Below, in pieces: positions 13,438 to 25,686 of a stretch of 64,000 nucleotides of DNA. The notes below the pieces were generated by a model. It was not told the origin of the DNA. It saw nothing but the letters and a program-made list of their open reading frames with translations, and ran no database searches. This DNA is from Chrysemys picta bellii (Eukaryota), in NCBI RefSeq assembly GCF_011386835.1, contig NC_088793.1, positions 196,912,001-196,976,000 on the forward strand, given 5' to 3'. Within the stretch, counting starts at the first letter, position 1, and each line of letters starts with the position of its first letter. The translations under genes were made by a program, and so were the position numbers.

Positions 13438-14422
13438 AGATGAATCTTATACAAACCTCTATAGCTATGAACCACTCAGTTATTAAAATAAAATCTGTAG
13501 GTACTCAGTGATGTACTCTTAAAATTAAATACATATCAAAGGTTTAATTTAAAACATCCAGAAATCAGCAACAACATATGCCTGATTACCATACATAACC
13601 AAAATACCATTCGGAAGGTCTACTGATCATGGCACTCAGTGGGGATTTACCAGAACCAATGTCCTTGTGCTCTATTAGAGAATAAATATTTATTCAATAA
13701 ACCAAAAAGGAACTATTTGAATGACTCTAAAAACAAAATACAGTTATAACCTTCCATGAAAGGAAATCACATCTAAAATCCTACATCTAAATAACACTGA
13801 GGTAGTGACAGAAACGAATGAAAGCCAGGAAATTCAAAGTTTAAGCTGACTCTCCATCCTTAGCACACACTATTGTCCTTTATCCCTTAAAATTTAATTA
13901 AAATCTAGTTCTGACCAGTTGGTAATAAGTAGTACAGAAAACTGATTATGGGAATTGCTTCCCTTCAGCAGCCTATTGTGCTACATTTCCTCTCCCAGAA
14001 ATACAAAGAGTCTATGTACATCTTTCTTCCTGTGTGAAAAGAAGGATAGAAAAATCTGGTACAGAACTTTTTAGTCACCAATTGTCTGTGCTGCTGGCAT
14101 GAAACTAAGCATCTTCTTTTTAAAGTTAATTTAAATTCAGCGCTTAATCATGTCATATTATACTAGAAGCAGTAGCAAATGCTGTAGTTAAGATTATGCT
14201 ACACTTTCCATTATAAGACTTTGTTTTCAGTCACTTAACTTTCTAAACTTTTCTATATCTTCAGGGTTGAAGTGTTTCAACTTAGTCTCAACATGAAGGC
14301 GAATTGTTTGGAAATGATGACGAGCCCAGCATGTTTGGATTAGGAGGAAAGTAATTTTGCTATTATAAAGATAATTTTTGCAACCATAAAAATCTTTTCA
14401 TTATCCTTTCACCTGACCAATG

Positions 14423-14487
14423 AATCATAGAATCATAGAATATCAGGACTGGAAGGGACCTCAGGAGGTCATCTAGTCCAACCCCCT
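14423..14487 (-). mobile_element. CR1 extreme 3' end stub
   Basis: (catagaat)n terminal microsatellite followed by ggactggaagggacctcaggaggtcatctagtccaacc. Confidence 0.8.
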
Positions 14488-14769
14488 CTATCTAATGAGA
14501 CAGACACTTAACAGGACAATGCATAACCCTCAGCATTCAATCTTCCCAGCCTGTTGCAGTCACACATTTTAAGCAGAGATGTCAGATGGTAGAAGAACGA
14601 GCATCCAAATGATTCTGGTTTTATAATATAAACAACGCACCACTGCTTGCAAAACTTGCAACATAGTCTTTTGAAAGAACCTTCGGAGAATTCAGCTCAT
14701 ACTGCATAAAACAAAAAAAGGTTGGAAGGAGACTTGAGCTTTTTTAAAGAGGGGTGTAATCATAAACCC

Positions 14770-16710
14770 ATAGACTTTAAAGCCAGAAGGGACCATCATG
14801 ATCACCTAGTCCGACCTCCTGCATGTTACAGGCCACAGACTCTTCCCCACCCCTCCTGTAACAGATCCACAGCCTCTGGCTCAGCTACTGAAGTCCTCGA
14901 GTCACGATTTAAAGACTTAAAGTTACAGAGAACCCACCATTTTCACTAGTTTAAACCTGCAAGTGACCCATGTCCCACACTGCAGAAGGCGGCAAAAAAA
15001 GCCCCAAGTCTCTGCCAATCTGACCCGGGGAAAATGCCTTCCTGACCCCAGATATGGTGATCAGTTCATTTCACCAGAGCATTTCAGCAAGACCGAACAG
15101 CCAGACACCAGGAAACAATAATCTGTAGTAACTCAGAGCCCTCCCCATCTAGTATCCCATCATCAGCCATTGGGGATATTTACTACTAGCAGTTGCAGAT
15201 TTCTTATATACCATCATAGGCAGTCTCATCATACCATCCCCTCCATGTTCCAGAACTTCACTCCTCTCATGGTTAGAAACCTTCACCTAATTTCAAGCCT
15301 AAACTTGTTCTGAGGCTAGTTTCTATCCATTTGTTCTTGTATCAGCATTGGCACCTAATTTAAACAACTTGTTTCCTTCCCTGGCACTTATACTTCTGAT
15401 GTATTTATAAAGAGCAATCATATCTCCCATCAGCCTTGGTTTGGTTAGGCTAACCAAGCCAAGCTCTTTGTGTCTCCTCTCATAAGGTAGGTTTTCCATT
15501 CCTCTGATCATCCTAGTAGCCCTTCTCTGCACCTGTTCCAATTTGAATTTATCTTTCTTAAACATGGACAACCAGCATTACACACAGTATTCCAGATGAG
15601 TTCTCACCAGTGCCTTGTATTATAGTATCAGCACTTCCCTAGCTCTACTGGAAATACCTCGCCTGATGCATGTTAGGATTGCATTAGCCTTTTTCACAGC
15701 TGCATCACATTGGCAGCTCATAGTCATCCTGTGATCAACCAAAGGAGAAATGTCTTTCTCCTCCTGTGTCATTTCCAACTGATAAATCCCCAGCTGATAT
15801 TAATAACAAGAACTTTTGCTGCCTAAATGCATGAGCTTGCAGTTTTCACTATTAAATTTCATCCCTTTTTTATTACTCCAGTTTTCAAGGTCACCCTGAT
15901 CTTCTTATATGATATTCCAATCCTCCTCCGCATTGGCAATACCTCCCAACTTTGTCATCCACAAATTTTATTAGCACACTCCGAATTTTTGTGCCAAGGT
16001 CATTAATAAAGATGTTAAATAAGGTCAGTCTGAAGAACGATACCTAAGGGACTCCACTAGTAACCTCCCTTTCAGCCTGCCAGTTCACCTTTCACTATGA
16101 CCCATTGTAGTCCCCCCTTTAATCTGTTCCTTCTCCACCTTTCAACTCTCATATTAATCCCCATTGTCTCCAATTAAACTAATAATCCCCATGTGGAACT
16201 ATATCAAATGCTTTACCAAAATCCAGGTAGATTAGATCTATTGAATTTCCTTTGTCTAAAACATCAGTTATCTTCTCAAATAAAGATCAGATTGGTCTGG
16301 CATGATCTACCTTTTGCCAAAGCATGTTTTATCCCAATTACTGTTTACCTCTATGCCTTTTTCTCTTTCAAAATTTGTCCTAAAATCTCGCATACAAGTG
16401 AGGTTAAACTAACAAGCCTGTAGTTTCCCAGAACACTATTTTCTTTTTCATAAAAATAGGTACTATATTAGCAATCCTCCTGTCAGAGGGAATGACCCCC
16501 ACATTTACAGATTCATTAAAAATCCTTGCTATTGGGCCTGCAATTTCATGTGCCAGTTCCTTTAATATTCTTGGATGAAGATTATCTGCCCCCCCCCCAC
16601 ACTCCCAATTTAGTCCCATTAAGCTATTTCAGTTTGACTTCCATCTCGGATGTGGTAATTTCTACATCCATATTCTCATTTCCATTAGCCACCCTGCCAC
16701 TACCCCTAAG
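14770..16710 (-). mobile_element. CR1 LINE, 3' UTR plus RT portion
   Basis: ORF2 remnants: KLEQVQRRATRMIRGMENLPYERRHKELGL (15323-15571) and LHPRILKELAHEIAGPIARIFNES...ANIVPIF (16404-16619). Confidence 0.9.
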
Positions 16711-16776
16711 ATCCTTTATCCCAATTGTCGTTTATCTCTATGTCCTTAACTACTTTCTCTACAACCCAAGAGTGTA

Positions 16777-18040
16777 TGGATTCATTAAAAAATCCTTACT
16801 ATTGTGCTTGTAATTTCATGTCCAAGTTCTTTTAATATTCTTGGATGAAGATTATCTGGGCCTTCGCAATTTGGTCCCATTACACTGTTTGAGTTGGACT
16901 TCCACCTCAGACATGGTAATTTCTACTTCCATATCCTTGTTTCCATTAGTCACCCTGCCACCAGAAGCTCCTCGTTACCTTTATTAAAAATTCAGGCAAA
17001 GAGTTTGTTTAGTTGTTGGACCATGCCTAGATTATCTTTAATCTCCACCCCAACCTCAGTGTTTAGCAGTCTCACTTCTTTCCTTGTTTTCTTATTTATA
17101 TAGCTATAAAACCTTTTACTATTGATTTTAATTTCCCTTGCAAGATCCAACTCTGTTTGGCTTTTGGAAGTTCTCACTTTTTTCCCTACACGTCTGACTT
17201 CCAAGAGGTAGCTTTCCTTGCTCATCCATCCCATCTTCCATTCCTTGTAGGCTTTTGGCTTTCTCTTAACCTGTTTGAGATGCTTGTTCATCCAGTTTAG
17301 TCTGCAACCCTTACCTATGATATTTGGTTGGGATGCAGGCTTCAGATAGTTTCTGCAACTTTGACTTAAAGTAAAGCCTCCTCCACATTCATATCCTTGA
17401 CTTCTTCACTCCAGTCCACTACCCTAATTCCCTTAATAATTTAAAGTAGCACTTTTGAAATGAAGGACACCAGTTGCAGACCTATTTTGTTTATCTTTTC
17501 ATTTAGTTTAAACTGAATTCGCTCATGATCACTCAAACCAAACTTGTCTCCTACAACCAGCTCTTCGATGAGGGCCTCACTACTATATCTAAAATGGCAC
17601 CATCTCTTGTTGGTTCAGAGACTGTTTGGTGAAGAAATCTGTCAGTTATCACATCCAGAAAAATCTGGGCCCTACTATAATTAGTAGCACTTGTCCTCCA
17701 ATCTATAACTGGGAAGTTAAAGTCTCCCACAATCTCACAAATACCAGTAGTTTTTATTTAATTAAAAACACTAAAGAGGTCTCTATCCATACCCATTTGG
17801 ATCCTGGGAGTCTGTAGCACACCCCAAACACTATCCCAGGAGAGCTTCTGGTAGCTTTCGTCTCCAAAATTATTTTGATCCGAACAGACGCGTTTTTTTT
17901 CCATTCTATCCATTCCATCCAATCAACCTCATCATTAACATACAATGCTATTCCATTGCCTTTATCTTTATTTGTCTTTCCTGAACAGCACATATCCTTC
18001 AATACCTATACTCGAATCACAACTACAATTCCACCATGTT
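16777..18040 (-). mobile_element. CR1 LINE, endonuclease/tether portion
   Basis: ORF2 remnants: KKVRTSKSQTELDLAREIKINSKRFYSYINKK (16992-17291) and KDKGNGIALYVND...GIVFGVCYRLPGS (17754-18002). Confidence 0.88.
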
Positions 18041-19115
18041 TCTGTTGAAGACATCATGCGTATGCCAAAATGGTAATCAGTATTAGAGAAAAAAAGATAT
18101 TTTTACAGAATTGTGAGGACATTCAATGCATTCACGAAGTTTTCAGGAAAAGACAATGAAACTTGCATGACTCCACAGCGAGGACAGTGTCTTATTGGAA
18201 TGACAATCCACTTCTCTGGGACAGCAGCTGCTGACAATCCCTGCTATACAGGGCTCGATGTTTTCTTCTCTGTACAAGTTATCTCAGGGTTTGACTATGG
18301 TAACTCCCTTTATCCTGGCTGGACTCTTGCATGCAGCAAATTCAAAATGCAGAAACGTGTTCTGTCACTGGAGTGATCATTTATAATCATTTTACACCTG
18401 CTTTCCATTAGCTGCCCACAGAACAATGACTGACATACAAGTTTGCTTTTCTGACATATAACGCCTTTATGTACCGAGATCCTACACCTGAGGGACCCAC
18501 TGTCAGTTTACTGTACTTCCCAGGCTCCACTCTTCCTCATGACACTTCCTGATGTTAAATTGGTAGGCAAGCAAGTTTTTCCAGGGATGGCCTTAAAGGC
18601 AAGTAATGGTCAATCTTAATAATTCCTTTCAGATCCTTAAAAAAAGCCATTAATACCATCTTTATGTGTGACAGTGCTTGCAAAATTGTTAGGATTTGGG
18701 ATTTAGTTATATTCTGTGTCTTTTAATGGTATTCTATTTTGTTTTTGAATTCTTGTATGGCAAACCCAGTGCTTCAGCAGGGTAAATAGCATTATTATTA
18801 CTGTGGAATTTGGCAATAGTTTTTAAATAGTGTTATCAATGCTTTAAATGTCAAGTAGTGTAAACATCATATGACAGGAGAGGGAAACATTGGTAGCCAT
18901 TAAGAAAAAGATGGCTGCCAGTCTGAACTTAGATTAAAGATGTGTTGTCTGTCTCTTTACCAACACAAGACCTTCTAGAAAGCATTAACTTGACATACTG
19001 AAATCCTATGAACATTTGGACTACAAGGAAGCAATTATATAGGCTTAGTAGCAATTTACTAAATTAAGTAAATTTTATAATTTTTTTTTTTTTGAAATAA
19101 AATTATTATAGATTA

Positions 19116-21262
19116 CACTGGTCTACAATTTTTGAGAAGTCGTCTGCTTCAGAGATAAAATGTGCTATTTATTATGTATTTTGATGTGCTGAATTCAAAT
19201 ATGACAATTAAAACAACTGATTGGCTACTGTTTCTAAGATATTTAAGTTTTTACATTTTATGTCTATGTATATTGTGTAGGTAGTAGAGTTTTAATCATA
19301 AATTGTAAACCTAGGTCTTTTCATGTGTTTATGGTTGCTTTACATGATAATATTTCACCTGTCCTGTTTATGTAACACTTTAAAAATCAGCAAAAAGGGT
19401 TATCTAAATAAAATTTAATATGAAACAAAAGTCAAAAAACTATTATGTACATAGTTTAGTCCTATTCAGTGTCTACTTGGCTCTTCTTGGCTTGTCTCTT
19501 GTATTCATTAAATGGAGCATTTCTTGTCACTGTCCAGCAATAGTCTGAAAGCACTGATGGGCTCCATTTGCCCTGATAGCGTTTCTCCATTGTTGCAACG
19601 TCCTGGTGAAATTGCTCGCCGTGCTCGTCGCTCACTGCTCCACAGTTCGGTGGAAAAAGATCTAGATGAGAGTGCAAAAAATATATCTTTAGTGACATGT
19701 TGCAACCAAGGCTTTTGTATGCCTTGAGGAGGTTTTCCACCAACAACCTGTAGTTGTCTGCCTTGTTGTTTCCGAGAAAATTTATTGCCACTAACTGGAA
19801 GGCTTTCCCTGCCGTCTTTTCCTTGCCACGCAGTGCATGGTCAAATGCATCATCTTGAAGAAGTTCACAAATCTGAGGACCAACAAAGACACCTTCCTTT
19901 ATCTTAGCTTCACTTCACCTTGGAAATTTTCCACAGAGGTACTTGAAAGCTGTTTGTGTTTTGTCAATGGCCTTGACAAAGTTCTTCATCAGACCCAGCT
20001 TGATGTGTAAGGGTGGTAACAAAATGTTCCTTGATTCAACAAGTGGTGGATGCTGAACACTTTTCCTCCTAGGCTCCAATGACTGTCGGAGTGGCCAGTC
20101 TTTCTTGATGTAGTGGGAATCTCTTGCATGACTATCCCATTCTCAGAGAAAACAACAGTACTTTGTGTATCCAGTCTGCAGACCAAGCAAGAGAGCAACA
20201 ACCTTCAAATCGCCACAAAGCTGCCACTGATGTTGGTCATAGTTTATGCACCTCAAAAGTTGTTTCATGTTGTCATAGGTTTCCTTCATATGGACTGCAT
20301 GACCAACTGGAATTGATGGCAAAACATTGCCATTATGCAGTAAAACAGCTTTAAGACTCCTCTTCGATGAATCAATGAACAGTCTCTACTCATCTGGATC
20401 ATGAACGATGTTGAGGGCTGCCATCACACCATCGATGTTGTTGCAGGCTACAAGATCACCTTCCATGAAGAAGAATGGGACAAGATCCTTTTGACGGTCA
20501 CGGAACATGGAAACCCTAACATCACCTGCCAGGAGATTCCACTGCTGTAGTCTGGAGCCCAACAGCTCTGCCTTACTCTTGGGTAGTTCCAAATACCTGA
20601 CAAGATCATTCAGTTCACCTTGTGTTATGAGGTGTGGTTCAGAGGAGGAGGATGGGAGAAAATGTGGGTCCTGTGACATTGATGGTTCAGGACAAGAAGT
20701 TTCATCCTCTTCCTCGTCTGACTCAAGTGAGAATGATTCTGGTTCATCAGGAACCGGCAGTCCTTCTCCGTGGGGTACTGGGCGTATAGCTGATGGAATG
20801 TTTGGATAATGCACAGTCCACTTTTTCTTCTTTGACACACCTTTCTCAACTGGAGGCACAATGCAGAAGTAACAATTGCTGGTATGACCGGTTATCTCTC
20901 TCCAAATCATTGGCACTGCAAAAGGCATAGATTTCCTTTTCCTGTTCAATACCAGCTTCAGATTGCATCATTCATTGTTTTGCCTAAAAAGCAAGTACTG
21001 TCCAAACCCAGTCATAGATTTATTCATAGAGCCACTCAAAGATGTATTTTAGTCATTTCTGGTTTAAATTGAGATCCCTTCCCTTTATAACTCACTTATC
21101 CTCCGCCATTCCCAAGTCAAGGGTCATATATACTGTCCCAACAGCATATCTTGAAAACTAGAGCCAATCAACAATTTTAAGCATCATTTTCGTTTTCAGT
21201 GACCCAGAATTAGTAAAGTTTGACTACATTTATTTCAGAAGCATTTTGGCTGTAGAGCAGTG
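19116..21262 (-). mobile_element. Chapaev3 (CMC superfamily) DNA transposon, both ends intact, transposase inactivated
   Basis: TIRs CACTGGTCTACA (19116) / TGTAGAGCAGTG (ends 21262); identical 3-bp TSD TTA at 19113-19115 and 21263-21265; transposase frame 20949-19462. Confidence 0.9.
19462..20949 (-). pseudogene. Chapaev3 transposase pseudogene
   Basis: One continuous frame with three nonsense codons (20386-20388, 20143-20145, 19915-19917). Motifs: MPFAVPMIWRE..H.SNCYFC, LFIDSS, LCGDLKVV, ILLPPLHIKLGLMKNFVKA, MSLKIYFLHSHLD and SDEHGEQFHQD. Confidence 0.9.
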
Positions 21263-21979
21263 TTACCTGAAAATTGAATTTGAGTTACAGAAGTACAGAG
21301 AGCATATAAAATAACAACTGTTTTGTAATAATATCACAGCCTAAAGAAATCACGCCAAATTTGGTAGTTCCTTATGTGGAACTTATACATCACACAAGAT
21401 ACAGCCTAGAACAAATTTTTTTTGAGAGTAAAAGCCATTCCCTAAGTACGTTTACCATAGTAATGGTGGAAGACCTTAGCTACCCAGTAGGCAATGCTGC
21501 TTTTACAGCTGCTTGTGGAAGAGCGTGGTATGGCCAAAGTAAAATAAATACAGTCTTCAAGCCAGCAAGGATCTCTTGCACATGCTGAGACTGCCTGTCA
21601 TTCAGACTTAGAACGTCTATGTTTCCAGGTGATATATCCCACTTCCAGTTTTGTCTTAACACACAGAGAAACAGTTTCACACAAAACCTGTGAACAGTGA
21701 AAAAACTCTTGGGGCTTAAAAGTTTACTTTTCCATGTTTCTAAAAGGCACACATGCAGAGCCATTAAAGCAGTTCACAGGATGTCAAGTTTGGCTATGCA
21801 GATTCTAGAGAGTTGGCTCATTTTAAAACTGTAATGATCATGCTGGAATGGCCGACCCTGAAAGTAACTTATTCACATAGAAGAATATAGAGTTACAATA
21901 GTTTTTTTTTTCCTATACCCATTTTTAAAATTGTACAGGAAAGAATAAAGTAGGTTTTTGTATTTATATTTATATTTAT

Positions 21980-22178
21980 GGGGGAGGGATAGCTCAGTGG
22001 TTTGAGCATTGGCCTGCTAAACCCAGGGTTGTGAGTTCAATCCTTGAGGGGGCCACTTGGGGATCTGGGGCAAAATCAGTACTTGGTCCTGCTAGTCAAG
22101 GCAGGGGGCTGGACTCGATGACCTTTCGAGGTCCCTTCCAGTTCTAGGAGATGGGATATCTCCATTTATTATTATTAT
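21980..22178 (+). mobile_element. tRNA-derived turtle SINE (tortoise Pol III/Cry-type) with CR1-derived tail
   Basis: tRNA-like head with A box (tagctcagtgg) and B box (gttcaatcc), CR1-like tail (ggactcgatgacctttcgaggtcccttccagttcta), (tta)n end and 7-bp TSD TATTTAT (21973-21979 / 22179-22185). Confidence 0.92.
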
Positions 22179-22627
22179 TATTTATCTGAATAGCAAAAAT
22201 TGACAACTAACACACACAACAACAATAGAGAGAGAGGTTTTCTTTATATGTTGAGATTTCATTTTTTTTAAAGATATGATCGTGCTTAAGTAAGAAGACA
22301 AGTTGTAAACCCAGCTGTGACAATTCTCTCAGCTTTTCTCTATCAGTTTTCAGCTGGCGTGTGTGCCGACACTTTCATGCTAGGCTTCTGTTTTTAGTAA
22401 GTTGAACCTACCAGAACGTGTTTCAGGATTTATATACCAATGAGATGGGGTTTATAGTTCATAGCAAATTAAAAGTTTCAGTTAAAACCATTTTTGAGTT
22501 AAAAAAACAAAAACAAGACTAAACTTCATTGCCACTATGAAGAGCACCATTTTTTATCTGTCCAGAAGTGTATCCAAGATATATGCCAAGTGAACAGCAT
22601 CTATTAGCAACACACTAATTTTGGGTG

Positions 22628-22660
22628 CTTTTTTGCTTTATATATATATATATATATATA
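22628..22660. repeat. (TA)n microsatellite
   Basis: tatatata run. Confidence 0.9.
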
Positions 22661-23558
22661 AACGCTCGGTCAAAAAGGGACCCTGGCGACTCCAGTCAGC
22701 ACTGCTGACTGGGTCGTTAAAAGTCTGGTCGGCTGCGCAGTGGGGCTAAAGCAGGCTCCCTACCTGCCATGGCTTCCGGAAGCAGCAGCATGTTTCCACT
22801 CCATCTCCTAGGCGCAGGGGCAGCCAGGTGGTTCCGCGTGCTGCCCCCGCCCCAAGCACCAGCTCCGCAACTCCCACTGACTAGGAACAGCACGCAGAGC
22901 TACCTGGCCTCGCCTCCACATAGGAGCCAAGAGGGGGGACATGCCATTGCTTCTGGGAGCTGCCTGAGGTAAGCACTGCCCGGAGTCTGCAACCCTGGCC
23001 CCCCTGCACGCCAACCCCATGTCCCCCTCCAAACCCCTCAGTCCCAGTCCAGCGCACCCTCCTGCACCCCAAACCCCTCATCTCCAGCCCCTCCCCAGAG
23101 CCCACACCCCCAGCCGGAGCCCTCACCCTCACCACGCCCCAACCCCCTGCCCCAGCCCTGATCCCCCTCCCACCCTTGAACCCCTCGGTCCCAGCCCGGA
23201 GCACTCTCCTGCACCCCAAATCCCTCATCCCCAGCCCTTCCCCAGAGCCCACACCCCCAGCCGGAGCCCTCACCCCCCCCCGCCCCAACCCCCCACCCCA
23301 GCCCTGATCCCCCTCGGTCCCAGCCCAGAGCACTCTCCTGCACCCCAAATCCCTCATCCCCAGCCCCTCCCCAGAGCCTGCACCCTCACACACCCCAACC
23401 CCCTGAGTCAACCTGGTGAAAATGAGTGAGTGAGGGTGGGGAGAGCAAGCAACGGGGGGGGGGGGGGGGGAGGGGGAAATGCAGTGAGAATGGGTGGGGC
23501 GGGACAGGGGGCAGAGCAAGGGTGTTCGGTTTTGTGCGAGTAGAAAGTTGGCAACCCA
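22661..23558. mobile_element. Non-autonomous hAT element (tggcaaccc end) with internal C-rich minisatellite; left end lost
   Basis: Right terminus agaaagttggcaaccca; internal tandem units (cctgcaccccaaatccctcatccccagccc...cagagcc) at 23040-23400, which explain the Pro-rich and Gly-rich spurious ORFs. Confidence 0.75.
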
Positions 23559-23870
23559 ATATGTGGCCCACAATGGTAAATAGGTCGAGAACAGAATAAA
23601 AGTGAAACTGACTAGGAATATAAAAACCCCATACCAGATCAGACCAGAAGTCCATCTTGTCCAATATTCTGCCTCTGACCAGTAACAGTTGCTTCAGAGG
23701 AAAGTGCAAAAAACCCACTAGTCATAATTATGAAGTTATCTGCCCCCAGGGGAAGTTTCTTTCTAATCCCTTTTAATTAGAGATTGGTTTACAACCTGAA
23801 GCATGCAAGTTTATATCCCTTCCAAACACAAAACCACTGGAGTAAGGAAATGAGAAGCCAGGCTATCTGA

Positions 23871-24028
23871 GGGCTTGACTAGACGAACAGTCAGTAGGTG
23901 GCAAGCAGGAGCATAAAGCCACATTTCTGTAGTGTGCCTCATAATAACTGTCCATCTGGACCCTTCTACCACACATTAAAAGTTCCCTAGTGCACTTTGA
24001 TCTACTGTGAGTAAGTGTAGACAAGCCC
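23871..24028. mobile_element. PIF/Harbinger MITE
   Basis: TIRs gggcttgactagac / gtgtagacaagccc; flanks TGA / TAA (degenerate 3-bp TSD). Confidence 0.7.
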
Positions 24029-25186
24029 TAACTTAGGGAACAGACTCTTAACTGTATTGTGTTTATTTTAATTTGTTCACATTGTACATTGGACAAGCTG
24101 TCTAAGACACTGATAATTTATTTATATATTAAATAAGCATAAGATATATTTATGAGTGATTTATTAAGTCTCTAATACAAAGCTCAGGACTGGGGCAATT
24201 TTGGGACCATTAATTTATTTTGTAACAACTACTATTTGAAGAAAACCATTCAATTGTTTTATCATGTTGTACTCATTGTATTTTCAATGAAAAAGGCCAT
24301 TATCAATCCTAGTATGTTTGATGTAAAAAAAAATATATATATATTTTAGTTGTACATTTTTTGCTTTTATTTAGCCAGTCAATAAGCTTGTTTCTTTGTC
24401 AATAGGATATCATCTGATAAGCAGCCACTGTTTATTTTCTGACTGGCCTTAGGGAAGAAGAAGAGAGGGACAGGATTACATCAGGGGCACCTCTGAATTG
24501 ATGAGGCCTTTCCCCAGGGCTATTAAGGAAACTAGAAGTCAGTGGGGGGAGGAGGGAGGAAATAAAAAGACAGCTGTGGTGGTTATTCTTCGGGCTTTTA
24601 AACAAACATAAAGGAGTATTTAAACTCAAGACAATTATATCCAATAAGTTACTGTCAGGAAAATGCACATATGGTTAAGAGTCTTCTCCACTCATATTTT
24701 ATCATCTCCACTATGGATTATCTTCTACATTATGGGCCACATTCTGAAATCTAGACCTGCTGCACTGGGGTTACTCCAAATGTACAATGCTGAAACTGAA
24801 CGCAAAATTTAGCCATTTGCTTACTTTTGAGGGACTCACTTTTTCCAAACTATATTTTTAAAAAATTCACATAATTTGAAGTAAGCTTCACTTAACATAT
24901 TATAGGTTTATAAACTGCAAAACAATTTTGTTTCTGAAGCAATACCTACGTATATTATTCATCACCATTGTGACATTCTTCTGGTAAGTTGCAGCTTAAA
25001 CTGTTGCTTCTCTTTCCTTCAGTGTCACTACAAATTAGTGTATTCCCTGTTTTAAATTGGGGCAAGCTACTCTGGAAATTGCTCCAACATGCCTTTAAAG
25101 CTGATCTGTTAATTAGGGACATCTTTCAATAAGCTCAACTCCACTAACACCCCATTTCACATCAGTTCACTGAGTTTCTGAAAGAG

Positions 25187-25399
25187 CAGTAAAAGGTGGA
25201 TTAGGGGGTTGTGGGGCCCTGGGCCAGAGCAAGTGCGAGCCTCTCCCCACCCCTTCCACCTGCAGTCCCCTCCCACCCCCCGCCCTTCCCCGGCACTCTT
25301 GCCAAGGAGCTCTGTCAGGGTGCAGGGACTTCCCCTGCCCCCTATTGGCCAGGGCCCCTGTGCACAGGCCCTGTTGTCCCAGTAGCTAATCTGCCACTG
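25187..25399. mobile_element. GC-rich MITE
   Basis: Imperfect TIRs cagt...gtggattag / ctaatctgccactg around a GC-rich core in AT-rich DNA. Confidence 0.6.
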
Positions 25400-25526
25400 A
25401 GAACAGTACTGAGCACTGAGCAAGTGAGTGCCACTTGTGAGAAGCTCCTAAACATGAAATAATTCAGTTTTCTCCTGCAGTTTTCAGGGGGTCTGTTTCC
25501 TCCTGCTGGAAAATTATTTCTAGAAT

Positions 25527-25686
25527 TGTATGCAGTGTAGTTTGTAGTCGTGTCCGTCCCAGCATATTAGAGAGACAAGATGGGTGAGGTAATATCTTTT
25601 ATTGGACTGACTTCAAAAGCTTGTCTTTCTCTCTCACCCCAACAGAAGTTGGTCCAATTAAAGATATTACCTTGCCCACCATGTCC
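25527..25686. mobile_element. Palindromic non-autonomous Penelope-like repeat
   Basis: Inverted arms gacaagatgggtgaggtaatatcttttattggac / gtccaattaaagatattaccttgcccaccatgtc. Confidence 0.7.

Noticed and set aside
18109-18376. 87-aa + strand ORF with a possible acceptor (18108) and donor (18300)
   Set aside because: The putative exon is 191 nt (not frame-preserving), with no recognisable homology. It may be a non-coding conserved or ancient repeat segment.
21980-22052. tRNA gene
   Set aside because: It is the head of a SINE with a CR1 tail and TSD, not a standalone tRNA.
22881-23718. Long Gly-rich and Pro-rich ORFs (230, 136, 101, 110 aa)
   Set aside because: They arise from the GC-rich minisatellite inside a hAT MITE, with no stop codons by composition.
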